Assembly (NCBI GenBank): GCA_046294975.1
Contig: JBKBOH010000007.1
Coordinates: 10,250-74,249, forward strand
Reading direction: 5' to 3'
Origin: Erythrobacter sp.
GTDB lineage: Bacteria; Pseudomonadota; Alphaproteobacteria; Sphingomonadales; Sphingomonadaceae
Length of the DNA: 64,000 nt
This document shows, piece after piece, positions 1-9,618 of the stretch. The notes under the pieces are model-generated. The model saw only the letters and a list, made by a program, of their open reading frames with translations. It had not been told where the DNA came from and made no database searches. Each line of letters starts with the position of its first letter. Positions within the stretch are counted from its first letter, which is position 1. The position numbers and the translations under genes were made by a program.

Positions 1-66
1 GCCTCTGCGTGCGGCCATCCGACAGCACCGCATCGAACAGTGTGTCGCCGCTGCAACGTCCGCAAA

Positions 67-133
67 GCGTCATTTTTCTGTCGTCGCGCTGCAACCGGAA
101 ATCTATCGAACCGCAACATCACGGGCCTAGCCG
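67..133 (+). promoter_or_regulatory. Pho-box-like 11-bp periodic direct repeats (candidate PhoB-dependent promoter)
   Basis: GCGTCAT(67)-CTGTCGT(78)-CTGCAAC(89)-[AATCTAT(100)]-CCGCAAC(111), each 11 bp apart, resembling the CTGTCAT half-site; TAGCCG -10-like hexamer 10 nt after the last repeat; lies upstream of TonB receptor and phoD. Confidence 0.6.
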
Positions 134-170
134 CCGCCCCGCAACCACAACACTTGCAGGGGCACGAATC

Positions 171-2507
171 ATGAAATCCTCCACGTCGCGCATCGCGTTT
201 CTCTCCAGCGCCGCGCTGATCGCTATCGCCATCCCGGCGCAGGCCTTTGCGGCAGAAGCCGAAGCGCAAACCCTTTCTTCCGCGACCGATGCCGAAGCTG
301 GCGAAGCGGCAGAAGCGGGCGAAATCGTCGTTTACGGCAAGGGCGAAGTGCGCCAGGTCACCGAAATCAGCGCTAACGATATCCAGGTGACCACCGCCGG
401 TTCCAGCCCCTTCATCGCGCTGCGTAAACTGCCGGGCGTCAACTTCCAGTCGGCCGACCCTTTCGGCGTCTATGAATGGTCTACCCGCATCACCCTGCGC
501 GGCTTCAACCAGAACCAGCTCGGCTTCACGCTCGACGGCGTGCCGCTGGGTGACATGAGCTATGGCAACACCAACGGGTTGCACATCAGCCGCGCGATCA
601 TCGCCGACAATATCGGCCAGACCCGCGTGAGCCAGGGCGCGGGTGCGCTCGGCACTGCCTCGACCTCGAACCTGGGCGGGACGATCGAATTTTTCAGCCG
701 CGATCCGCAGGACGAGCTCGGCATCGCCGGTAATGTCACCTATGGCGACAGCGATACCTTCCGCATCTACGGCACGCTCGACACCGGCGATCTCGGCGGG
801 CTGAAGGCCTATATCAGCGCCGCCCATATCGACGCGGAAAAGTGGAAGGGCTTCGGCACCCAGCGCGCGACTCAGGTCAACGCCAAGCTGGTGGCGGACT
901 TCTCGGAGGCGACCACCTTCACCGCCTTCGTCAACTTCTCCGACCGCAAGGAGAACGACTATCAGGATCTCAGCCTGTCGATGATCAACCGTCTCGGCTA
1001 TGACTGGGACAACGTCTCGGACAACTGGCCGCTGGCGGTGCAGCTTGCCTTCATCGGCGCCAATCGCGGCGATACCGGGGTGGTGGTCGGGCCAAACACC
1101 TTCGGCACTGTCTATCCCGCCCCGATCCAGACCATCGACGATGCCTATTTCGACGCCGCCGGCCTGCGCCGTGACTGGGTGGGCAGCGCGCGCATCGATC
1201 AGGCCATTGGTGACAATGTGAAGCTTGGCCTGCAGGGCTATTTCCACACCAACAAGGGCCAGGGTTCGTGGATCACGCCCTATCGCGCCAGCCCCGGCGG
1301 CCTGCCGCTGAGCTTCCGCACCACCGAATATGATATGGAACGCATCGGTGTGCTCGGCGATCTCGAAGCCGCGCTTGGCGCGCACACGGTGCGCCTTGAT
1401 GTGTGGTACGAGAACAACGACTTCGAACAGGCCCGCCGTTTCTACACCATCGGCACCAGCCTGACCGAGCCGAGCACGACCGCGCTCACCTATCAGTCGA
1501 ACCCGTTCTTCACCCAGTGGAACAATGCCTACAACACCAAGACTTTCCAGTTTGCGGTGCAGGACAAGTGGGATGTGACCGACGCGCTGTCGATCACCGC
1601 CGGGTTCAAGGGCCAGTCGGTCAAGCTTGAAGCGACCCCGATCAACCCTGTCCCCGGCCCGCTGGCGCTGGGCGAAATCAAGAGCGAGGATCTGTTCCTG
1701 CCGCAGGTTGGCGTGCTCTACAAGCTGGGCGGCGGCAACGAGATCTTCGCCAGCTTCACCCAGAACCAGCGCGCCTTCACGGCGGCTGCGACCACTGGTC
1801 CGTTCGCGACTTCGGCCGCCGGCTTTGCCGCGCTGCGCGACCAGATCGAGCCGGAGCAGACCGATACCTTCGAACTCGGCTTCCGCTTCGGTGAAGGTCA
1901 GCTCACCGGGGTGGTCGCGGGCTATCTCGTGAACTTCAGCAACCGTCTGCTGGCGGTGCCGCAGGGTCCGGGGATCGTCGGCAACGCGCCGCTGCTGTCG
2001 AACGTGGGCGATGTGCGCTCGATCGGTGTGGAGCTGGGGGTGCAGTGGCAGCCGGTGCCCGATTTCACGGTAACCGGCAGCTATGCCTACAACGACAACA
2101 CTTACCGCGATGACGTGATCAACCAGTCGGGTACGGTGGTGCAGGCGATCAAGGGGCGCACGGTGGTCGACAGCCCCGAAAGCATCGCCAACCTTGAACT
2201 GGCCTATGACGACGGGATGTTCTACGCCCGCGCCAACGCCAACTACACCTCGCAGCGGTTCTTCACCTTCTCCAACGACCAGTCGGTTGATGGACGGGTG
2301 CTGGTCGATGCGCTGATCGGCGTCCGCGTGCAGAGCGACAACCGCTTCCTTGATGGCCTCGCGCTTGAGGGCACCGTTACCAACCTGTTCGACGAAAAAT
2401 ATGTCGGCACGATCGGCTCGAACGGGTTCGGCTTCGCGGGCGATAACCAGACCCTGCTGGCCGGCGCGCCGCAGCAGTTCTTCGTGACCTTGCGTAAGGA
2501 CTTCTGA
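171..2507 (+). CDS. TonB-dependent outer-membrane receptor
   Basis: Signal peptide (AQAFA), TonB-box-like EIVVYG, plug motif RITLRGFNQNQLGFTLDGVP, C-terminal NLFDEKY and terminal Phe; ATG at 171 after GGGG. Confidence 0.92.
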   Translation: MKSSTSRIAFLSSAALIAIAIPAQAFAAEAEAQTLSSATDAEAGEAAEAGEIVVYGKGEVRQVTEISANDIQVTTAGSSPFIALRKLPGVNFQSADPFGVYEWSTRITLRGFNQNQLGFTLDGVPLGDMSYGNTNGLHISRAIIADNIGQTRVSQGAGALGTASTSNLGGTIEFFSRDPQDELGIAGNVTYGDSDTFRIYGTLDTGDLGGLKAYISAAHIDAEKWKGFGTQRATQVNAKLVADFSEATTFTAFVNFSDRKENDYQDLSLSMINRLGYDWDNVSDNWPLAVQLAFIGANRGDTGVVVGPNTFGTVYPAPIQTIDDAYFDAAGLRRDWVGSARIDQAIGDNVKLGLQGYFHTNKGQGSWITPYRASPGGLPLSFRTTEYDMERIGVLGDLEAALGAHTVRLDVWYENNDFEQARRFYTIGTSLTEPSTTALTYQSNPFFTQWNNAYNTKTFQFAVQDKWDVTDALSITAGFKGQSVKLEATPINPVPGPLALGEIKSEDLFLPQVGVLYKLGGGNEIFASFTQNQRAFTAAATTGPFATSAAGFAALRDQIEPEQTDTFELGFRFGEGQLTGVVAGYLVNFSNRLLAVPQGPGIVGNAPLLSNVGDVRSIGVELGVQWQPVPDFTVTGSYAYNDNTYRDDVINQSGTVVQAIKGRTVVDSPESIANLELAYDDGMFYARANANYTSQRFFTFSNDQSVDGRVLVDALIGVRVQSDNRFLDGLALEGTVTNLFDEKYVGTIGSNGFGFAGDNQTLLAGAPQQFFVTLRKDF

Positions 2508-2516
2508 GGATCTTCG

Positions 2517-2553
2517 GGGGGGCGGCGGCGCAGGTCCGGCCGCCCCCTTTCTT
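2517..2553 (+). terminator. GC-rich hairpin with short U tract (terminator or mRNA stabiliser)
   Basis: GGGGGCGGC...GCCGCCCCC followed by TTTCTT just after the receptor stop. Confidence 0.5.
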
Positions 2554-2628
2554 CCAAGGGCGATGATGGCGCAATCATCGCCCGTTTTGTTTGCGCCGTG
2601 ATATTCTGCTCCCAAAACGAGGCCGCCT

Positions 2629-4332
2629 GTGATCCGCAATCCGTTCCACGCCCCTATCACGCGGCGCACCACGCTTGGCAGCCTGGCGGCAGGCACAGCG
2701 GCCTTGTCCTGGCCCGGCATCGCTCGGTCTGCGCCTGACGGGCCGTTCCGGCACGGCGTGGCCAGCGGCGATCCCGATGCCGCCAGCGTCGTGCTCTGGA
2801 CCCGCGTGACGACCTCGGGCGACGTGACGCTGACCGGCGAAGTCGCGCAGGATCTGGACTTCACCCGCATCGTGATGACGAGGCAAATCGTGACCGGGCC
2901 GGATCGCGATCACACCGTCAAATGGCTGGCCCGCGGGCTGGAGCCTGGTCAGACCTATTATTATCGCTTCATCTTCGACGGCGCGGTTTCTCCGGTCGGC
3001 CGCGCCCGGACGCTGCCCACAGGCAGTCTGGACCGCCTCGGCATCGCGCTGGCATCCTGTTCCAATTACGTGTTCGGCTATTTCAACGCCTACGAGGCGA
3101 TTGCCCACGATCCGGGCGTGGACTTCGTGCTCCATACCGGTGACTATATCTACGAATATGGTCAGGGCGGCTGGGGCGACGCGGTCGGCAAGGCGCTGGG
3201 CCGCCGGCACGACCCCGCGCACGAGATCGTCAGCCTGTCGGACTATCGCCGCCGTCACGCCCAGTACAAGACCGATGCCGGCGCCCAGGCGATGCACGCC
3301 GCCCACACTCTGATGGCCTGCTGGGACGATCACGAAAGCGCCAACAATCCCTGGTCGGGCGGCGCGCAGAACCACCAGCCCGCCAGCGAGGGCGACTGGC
3401 AGGCCCGCCGCGAAGCCTCGATCCGCGCCTATTTCGAATGGATGCCGGTGCGCGAACCCGAATGGCTGGATCGCAAGGGGGCGACGCGGGTGCAGTTCTG
3501 GCGCAGCTACAGCTTCGGCGACCTGGCAAGCCTGACCACCCTGGAAACCCGCCACACCGCGCGCGCCGAGCAGATCGATTATGCCGCGGTGATGGACAAG
3601 GTCGGCGATCCGGCCGCCATCGCCCGGTTCCGGCGCGAAGTGCTGGAGGCGCCGGGCCGAAGGATGATCTCGCCCGAATGCGAGGCCGATCTCGCCCGCA
3701 GCCTCAGGCAATCGGTTGCCGCCGGGCAGCCGTGGCGCCTGATCGGCAACGCCATTCCGATTGCCCGCACCGATGTGCCCGACGTGGTGGGCCTTGGCAT
3801 CCTGCCCGATCCCGATGCGCCCGGCGCGCCCTTTGCCGGCGCCGCGCTCGAGAACGCCAGGGAGCTGGCGGCGAAAGGCCGGGCCGGCCTGCCGTTCTAC
3901 CCTGACACCTGGGACGGCTATCCCTGGGCACGCGAGGCGCTCTACGATCTGTCGCGCAAGGCCGGGGCAGGAGACCTCATCTTCCTGACCGGGGACAGCC
4001 ACAGCTTCTGGGCCAACAGCCTCAAGGATTCGGCCGGGCGACCGGCCGGCATCGAACTGGGCACGGCTGGCATTACCTCGCCGGGCGACTTCGTCGCAAG
4101 CGGCTTCGGTGACGAGCTGTCGCGGGCGCTCGACCAGGCCTTTGCCGATCACATCCCTGAAGTGGTGTGGACCGACAATATGCATCAGGGCTATGTCCGG
4201 CTCGATCTGCAACGCTCCGCTGCCGAGGCGACCTTCATTGCGGTCGATACGATCCAGTCGCGCGCCTTCCGCCCCTTCATTGTCAACCGCTTCACCATTG
4301 TGCGCGATGGCGGCGCGATCGGCTTCGCATAG
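2629..4332 (+). CDS. phoD: PhoD-family alkaline phosphatase/phosphodiesterase, Tat-exported
   Basis: TRR twin-arginine signal; F.HGVASGDP, ASCSNY, HTGDYIYEY, WDDHE, DTWDGY and TGDSH motifs. Confidence 0.92.
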   Translation: MIRNPFHAPITRRTTLGSLAAGTAALSWPGIARSAPDGPFRHGVASGDPDAASVVLWTRVTTSGDVTLTGEVAQDLDFTRIVMTRQIVTGPDRDHTVKWLARGLEPGQTYYYRFIFDGAVSPVGRARTLPTGSLDRLGIALASCSNYVFGYFNAYEAIAHDPGVDFVLHTGDYIYEYGQGGWGDAVGKALGRRHDPAHEIVSLSDYRRRHAQYKTDAGAQAMHAAHTLMACWDDHESANNPWSGGAQNHQPASEGDWQARREASIRAYFEWMPVREPEWLDRKGATRVQFWRSYSFGDLASLTTLETRHTARAEQIDYAAVMDKVGDPAAIARFRREVLEAPGRRMISPECEADLARSLRQSVAAGQPWRLIGNAIPIARTDVPDVVGLGILPDPDAPGAPFAGAALENARELAAKGRAGLPFYPDTWDGYPWAREALYDLSRKAGAGDLIFLTGDSHSFWANSLKDSAGRPAGIELGTAGITSPGDFVASGFGDELSRALDQAFADHIPEVVWTDNMHQGYVRLDLQRSAAEATFIAVDTIQSRAFRPFIVNRFTIVRDGGAIGFA

Positions 4333-4441
4333 GCCTGATCGACGGCCCGATCGGGCGCGCCCGTCCTGCGGCCCACCGGTGCGCCTTCAGGAACTCGATG
4401 GTGCAGGCCATTGGGCCTCACCAGAGCTGGCCGCTGGCGGT

Positions 4442-4870
4442 CTAAAACACCGCCAGCGCGGCGTGCAGGATCAGCGCCATCAGCACCAGGCTCGACAGCG
4501 CGAACAGCGCAAAGCGGATGATCACGCGGTTGATGGTCGCCTGCACGATCGAGTGCGCGATTCGCAGGCCGGTGTAGGCCCAGGCCAGCGTGGTGTTGAG
4601 CCCGTCGCCCTGACCGATGATCGCCAGCACGATCGCCACCGCGTAGAACAGGGTCGGCGCTTCGTGCAGATGGTTGTAGTTGTCGGCCTTCCAGCTCACC
4701 GTGTCGGGCAACTGCGCGCGCAGGCTCGCCCCGTTGCTGCCAACAAGGTTCCTGGCATCGATCCCGGCGGCGTTCATCGCCGGAATGCGCGTGGCGTACA
4801 TCCACAGCCACATCACCATCGTCCAGCCCAACAGCGCAACGACGGGTTGGAGAATGTCCATGCCGATCAT
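4442..4870 (-). CDS. MAPEG family membrane protein
   Basis: ADNYNHLHEAPTLFY motif, AWAY.GLRI.HS, hydrophobic helices. Confidence 0.85.
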   Translation of the reverse strand: MIGMDILQPVVALLGWTMVMWLWMYATRIPAMNAAGIDARNLVGSNGASLRAQLPDTVSWKADNYNHLHEAPTLFYAVAIVLAIIGQGDGLNTTLAWAYTGLRIAHSIVQATINRVIIRFALFALSSLVLMALILHAALAVF

Positions 4871-4883
4871 GTCTGTGCGCCCC

Positions 4884-5339
4884 TCAAGCCGCGACCACGG
4901 ACGGGTCGGCCAGCAGCGTCGCCATCACCGCGCGCAGCGCCAGCACGATCAGCGCGGCAGTGCCCAGCAGAAACAGGCCGAAGCGCACCGGGATGGTGTT
5001 GACGAGGTTCTGCCACAGCGAATGCACGATCCTGAGGGCGACATAGGCCCAGGCCAGCGTCACATCGAGCGCGCCCGCCCCTGTCAGCGCGAGGATCACG
5101 ACCGTGACGTAGAACAAGGTTGGCTGTTCGACGAGGTGGGCATAGTTGTGCGCGGGCCAGTTGGCCTTGTCGGGCAGCACGCCTTCCAGGTCCACACCGC
5201 GCACGCCCGGCTTGTTGGGCAGCGCCGACTTGTCCGCGATCTTCGCCACCGCGCCGAAGCGCGCCGGGATGATCCACAGCAACACGATAAGCGTCCACAT
5301 CACCAACACGGCGGCGGGCGCGAGCATTTGCGCCTGCAT
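4884..5339 (-). CDS. MAPEG family membrane protein (paralog of neighbour)
   Basis: AHNYAHLVEQPTLFY and AWAYVALRIVHS motifs. Confidence 0.85.
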   Translation of the reverse strand: MQAQMLAPAAVLVMWTLIVLLWIIPARFGAVAKIADKSALPNKPGVRGVDLEGVLPDKANWPAHNYAHLVEQPTLFYVTVVILALTGAGALDVTLAWAYVALRIVHSLWQNLVNTIPVRFGLFLLGTAALIVLALRAVMATLLADPSVVAA

Positions 5340-5412
5340 CGCTTGATCCCCTTTCGATAACCTCTCTTCGCGGCCTTACCTGCGAGACCGGGAAAGGATT
5401 GTCAAACGCAAC

Positions 5413-6060
5413 TCATTGCGCGGCGAGCACGTGCAGTTGGTAATAGCCCATCGGCCCGCGAGTGCTCGTCACCTGCAGCCCCCGGGCGGCGGCAATGCGG
5501 GCGGCAGCTTCGGGCAGGGCCGTGCGCGGGGCGACATGGAACCGCGCCAGCCATCCACGCAAGCCCGCCGCGAGCGGCGCGGGCAGGCCGGCGAGGTCGC
5601 CGAAATCGACGATGTGCAAGGTTCCGCGCGGGGCCAGCAGGCTTGCGGCGTGGTCGAGCGCGCCTTCCCAGTCGGGGATCATCGAGAGCGAATAGGACAG
5701 CACGATCCGCTCGAACGCCGGCTCGCCCAGCAGCGCCCCTGGATCGAAGGTGCAGGCATCGCCTTCGCCCAGCCGCGCAGCCTCCCCCAGCGTTGCGCGC
5801 GCGCTCTTGAGCATTTCGGCCGAGATATCGAGGCCGAACAGGCGCACCCCCGGCCACGCCTTGCTGATCCTGGCAAGGTTGCGCCCGGTGCCGCAGGCCA
5901 CCTCCAGCACCCGCGCGCCGGGCTGGGCATCCAGTCCCGCGATCAGCGTATCACGCCCGAACAGGTAATATTTTCGCGTGAAATCATAGATATGTCGCTG
6001 ACCGCGATAGACCTCGTTCATCAGCGCGGCGTGCGAAGGGCGAGAGGCAGAGGCCATCAT
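5413..6060 (-). CDS. btaB: SAM:diacylglycerylhomoserine N-methyltransferase (DGTS synthesis)
   Basis: Y..QRHIYD.TRKYYL.GRD N-terminus, class I SAM motif VLEVACGTG, SYSLSMIP; overlaps the btaA stop. Confidence 0.85.
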   Translation of the reverse strand: MMASASRPSHAALMNEVYRGQRHIYDFTRKYYLFGRDTLIAGLDAQPGARVLEVACGTGRNLARISKAWPGVRLFGLDISAEMLKSARATLGEAARLGEGDACTFDPGALLGEPAFERIVLSYSLSMIPDWEGALDHAASLLAPRGTLHIVDFGDLAGLPAPLAAGLRGWLARFHVAPRTALPEAAARIAAARGLQVTSTRGPMGYYQLHVLAAQ

Positions 6061-7271
6061 GCCAGCTCGTAGACATGCACGCCGCCGTAGATTGACGAGC
6101 GGTCGCGGCGGGTGAGATCGGCGGAAAGGTTCTCAAGATAGCGCCATTTCGACAGTATCGCATCGTCCAGCCGGCCGGGCAGCAGGCTCGGCTCGGCGGC
6201 GGTGCGGAACAGCACGCGGGCGCCGGGACGGCTGGCGCGGGTGATCTTTCCCCACAGCTCATCGAGCTGGGCATTGTTCATCCAGTCCTGCGCGTCGAGC
6301 AGCACGAAGCGGTCCATGCTCGCTGGCGCGCGCGCGCCGATCCAGTCGACCATGTTGGCGCGCGTCACCTCCAGCCGCTCGACCCGCTCCTTCATCGCCT
6401 GCCAATTGGCGCGCTGGAGATAGGGCGGCAGCGGCGCGGCCTCGGAGCGGTCATAGCCACGCCCGAAGGCCTGCCAGGCGAAGTAGTTGTCCTTGACCGC
6501 GAAGTCGCAGGCGAGCTTTTCGAGCCGCCGCCGCAACACTTCGGCCATGCGTTCATCGCCGGCCAGGTGTTCGAACTGTGCCGGCGGAATGCCGAGGCCG
6601 AACAGCGAGGCGGGCTGATCGGTGAGCCAGCGGATGAAGCGCTTCTCGAACACCGGTGCCAGCTCGCGCTCGAACACCTCGCGCTGTTCCTCCAGCGTCT
6701 GGGCTGCCAGCACCTTCGACAGATCGATCCGGTAAAGCCTGGCAAAAAGGTGCGCGAGGCCGATGAAGTTGCCCAGCAATCCCTGACGGTAGATGCCGCG
6801 GGTGAAGTAGCTGATGCGCTTGCGCCCGCGGATGTCGCGCTTTTCCCAATAGGCGCGGCTTGTCGCATCGAGGTGGGGCGCGATCATCGTCCGATAGACC
6901 TCGGCATTCTCCTTGTGATCGGCGTGCGCGAAGAAGCGGTGGAAGCGTTCGTAGCTCGGCAGGTGGCGGATCGCGGCGATCTTGAGCTTGCCGAGCGCCA
7001 CGTGGGCGTGGTTGAGATCGACCGCGGTCACGCTCTGCGGGTTCGCGGTCAGGTAGGACAGGGCGTTGCAACTGCCGCTGGCGATACACATCAAGCGGCT
7101 GTCCGGCTGGATCGCGAGGCCCTCCATGTCGACCACCGGATCTTCCCAGATCTGGGCATAGACCAGGCCCTTGAAGGCGAGGGCGAAGGCCTTGTCGAGC
7201 AGCTTGTCGCCCAGCCCTGCATCCTTGCGGATCACCGCATCCTCGATGATCCTCTTTGCCTGTGTCGCCAT
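6057..7271 (-). CDS. btaA: SAM:diacylglycerol 3-amino-3-carboxypropyl transferase (DUF3419)
   Basis: LVYAQIWEDP.VD, IASGSCN, VDLN, LLDAQDWM and DRSSIYGG motifs; paired with btaB. Confidence 0.9.
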   Translation of the reverse strand: MATQAKRIIEDAVIRKDAGLGDKLLDKAFALAFKGLVYAQIWEDPVVDMEGLAIQPDSRLMCIASGSCNALSYLTANPQSVTAVDLNHAHVALGKLKIAAIRHLPSYERFHRFFAHADHKENAEVYRTMIAPHLDATSRAYWEKRDIRGRKRISYFTRGIYRQGLLGNFIGLAHLFARLYRIDLSKVLAAQTLEEQREVFERELAPVFEKRFIRWLTDQPASLFGLGIPPAQFEHLAGDERMAEVLRRRLEKLACDFAVKDNYFAWQAFGRGYDRSEAAPLPPYLQRANWQAMKERVERLEVTRANMVDWIGARAPASMDRFVLLDAQDWMNNAQLDELWGKITRASRPGARVLFRTAAEPSLLPGRLDDAILSKWRYLENLSADLTRRDRSSIYGGVHVYELA

Positions 7272-7302
7272 GTGTGCCTGCCCTTTTCGTGAGGTCGGCA
7301 GC

Positions 7303-7336
7303 GCAATATGGCCCTAGCGTGTCGGCTGTGTGACGC
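7303..7336 (-). promoter_or_regulatory. Pho-box-like element and -10 upstream of btaAB
   Basis: Minus strand GCGTCAC-ACAG-CCGACAC, then TATTGC 10 nt downstream; btaAB is PhoB-induced in rhizobia. Confidence 0.55.
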
Positions 7337-7347
7337 TTTCCACAGGT

Positions 7348-8310
7348 CTAGGCCTTGCTGGCAATCGTCGCTGCATAGGCTACCGGATCGGCATTGCCGC
7401 CGGTCAGCATGATCACCGTGCCTTCGTCCACCGGCACCTTGCCCGCCAGCGCCGCCGCCAGCGCTGCCGCGCCGCCGGGTTCGACCACGAGGCGCAACTG
7501 CGCGAAAGCAAAGCGCTGCGCGGCGCGCACCTCGGCATCGGTGACGGTCACGCCCGGTTCGGCCCGGCCCCTGAGCAGCGCGAGGTTGAGCGGCTTGGTG
7601 ACATTGGGTTGCAGCGCGTCGCAGATGGTCTTGGGCGCATCGGGTGCGGCGTGCACCAGTTCGCCCTTTGCGAGCGCCTGTCCGACCATGTCCCAATGGG
7701 CCGGCTCGACCGGGTGGATGGCGCTCTCCGGCGCGCCCAGCGCCAGCCCCGCCGCCAGCCCGCCGCCACCGCAGCAGGTGACGATCCGCGTCGGCGCGCG
7801 GCCCAGTTGTGCAGCGATTTCAATCGCGGCGCTGCCTTGCCCCTCGATCACCCACGGATCGCTGAAAGCATGGACCAGCGTGCCGCCGCGATCCGCAATC
7901 AGCCGCGCCGCCACCACATCGCGGTCTTCCTGCGGGCGCTGGTAGAGCACCACCTCGGCCCCCAGCGCCGTGGTGTTGGCAAGCTTCACCTGCGGCGCAT
8001 CATGCGGCATCACGATGGTGGCCCGGATGCCGAGCCGCCGCGCGGCCCAGGCCACGCCCTGGGCATGGTTGCCCGACGATACCGCCACCACGCCGCCGGC
8101 GCGTTCCTCAGCGGTCAGGCTCGCCAGCCGCCACCATGCGCCCCTGATCTTGAACGCGCCGATCGGTTGCAGCACCTCGGCCTTCACCCATGCCTGCACA
8201 GCGCCGATCGTCACGGGCAGCAGCGGGGTGGGGGGCAGGAGCGTGGCGATGGCCCGGGCCGCGGCAAGCACGCCCTCGTGGGTCGGCATTCTGACATCGA
8301 CTGGGATCAT
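7348..8310 (-). CDS. PLP-dependent threonine/serine dehydratase family protein
   Basis: KAEVLQPIGAFKIRGA PLP-lysine motif, SSGNHAQG, GGGGL. Confidence 0.88.
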   Translation of the reverse strand: MIPVDVRMPTHEGVLAAARAIATLLPPTPLLPVTIGAVQAWVKAEVLQPIGAFKIRGAWWRLASLTAEERAGGVVAVSSGNHAQGVAWAARRLGIRATIVMPHDAPQVKLANTTALGAEVVLYQRPQEDRDVVAARLIADRGGTLVHAFSDPWVIEGQGSAAIEIAAQLGRAPTRIVTCCGGGGLAAGLALGAPESAIHPVEPAHWDMVGQALAKGELVHAAPDAPKTICDALQPNVTKPLNLALLRGRAEPGVTVTDAEVRAAQRFAFAQLRLVVEPGGAAALAAALAGKVPVDEGTVIMLTGGNADPVAYAATIASKA

Positions 8311-8379
8311 TTGTCCCCATCCATGCATTCGATTAGAGGACAGCGCAAGATTCGTCCCCAGTCACGAAAGGTTCCTATC

Positions 8380-9618
8380 ATGTCGGCAGCCAATTCCCGT
8401 CGCGTTCTTGTCATTGGTGCCGGCGGGGTGAGTTCGGTGTGCGTCCACAAGATGGCGTTCAATCCCGATATCTTTCCCGACATCCACCTTGCCAGCCGCA
8501 CCAAGGCGAAGTGCGACGCGATTGCCGCCAGCGTTAAGGCGCGCTGCGGGCGCGATATCGCCACCTATGAAATCGATGCCGAGGAAGTGCCGGCGATGGT
8601 CAACCTGATCCGCAAGACCGGCGCAGGGCTCGTCGTCAACCTCGCGCTGCCCTATCAGGATCTGCCGATCATGGATGCCTGCCTTGAAGCGGGCGCCGAC
8701 TATCTCGACACCGCCAATTACGAACCCAAGGACGAGGCCAAGTTCGAATATAAGTGGCAGTGGGCCTATCACGATCGTTACAAGGACGCTGGGCTGATGG
8801 CGCTGCTGGGCAGCGGCTTTGATCCGGGCGTCACCAGCGTCTTCACCATGTGGCTCAAGAAGCACAAGCTGAAGACCATCCGCCAGCTCGACATTCTCGA
8901 TTGCAACGGCGGCGATCACGGCCAGCATTTTGCCACCAATTTCAACCCGGAAATCAACATCCGCGAAGTCACCGCGCCCGCGCGGCACTGGGAAAACGGC
9001 GCGTGGGTGGAAACCCCTGCGATGAGCACCAAGGTGGCCTTCGACTTCGAGGCGGTGGGCCGCAAGAACATGTATCTGATGTATCACGAGGAGCTGGAAA
9101 GCCTCGCCAAATTCGTCCCCGAACTGGAACGCGCGCGCTTCTGGATGACCTTTGGCGATCAATACATCACCCATCTCACCGTGCTCCAGAATGTCGGCAT
9201 GACCAGCATCGAGCCGGTCAGGTATCAGGGCCGCGACATCATCCCGCTGCAATTCTTGGCCGCGGTGCTGCCCAAGCCGGAGACGCTGGGCGAGACCACC
9301 AAGGGCAACACCAATATCGGCGTGATCGCGACCGGCGAGGCGCTCGACGGTTCGGGCGAGAAGACTTTCTATATCAAGAACATCTGCTCGCATGAGGCGG
9401 CCTATGCGGAAACCGGCAACCAGGCCGTCAGCTACACCACCGGGGTGCCCGCGATGATCGGCGCGGCGATGATGGTGCAGGGTGAGTGGCGGGGCGCCAA
9501 TGGAGAGGGGGGCGTGTTCAACATCGAACAGATGGATCCCGATCCCTTCATGGCGATGCTCAATCAGCACGGGCTTCCGTGGACGGTCGAGGAACTGCCC
9601 GGACCGGTGGATTTCTGA
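8380..9618 (+). CDS. Carboxy(nor)spermidine dehydrogenase (saccharopine dehydrogenase family)
   Basis: GAGGV Rossmann motif, YLDTANYE, GSGFDPG, FATNFNPEIN.RE, YHEELESL, SYTTGVPAM; same operon as nspC. Confidence 0.88.
   Translation: MSAANSRRVLVIGAGGVSSVCVHKMAFNPDIFPDIHLASRTKAKCDAIAASVKARCGRDIATYEIDAEEVPAMVNLIRKTGAGLVVNLALPYQDLPIMDACLEAGADYLDTANYEPKDEAKFEYKWQWAYHDRYKDAGLMALLGSGFDPGVTSVFTMWLKKHKLKTIRQLDILDCNGGDHGQHFATNFNPEINIREVTAPARHWENGAWVETPAMSTKVAFDFEAVGRKNMYLMYHEELESLAKFVPELERARFWMTFGDQYITHLTVLQNVGMTSIEPVRYQGRDIIPLQFLAAVLPKPETLGETTKGNTNIGVIATGEALDGSGEKTFYIKNICSHEAAYAETGNQAVSYTTGVPAMIGAAMMVQGEWRGANGEGGVFNIEQMDPDPFMAMLNQHGLPWTVEELPGPVDF

Noticed and set aside
4442-5339. Tandem MAPEG paralogs as a novel system
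   Set aside because: Diverged duplicate pair with no additional signal linking them to a new pathway
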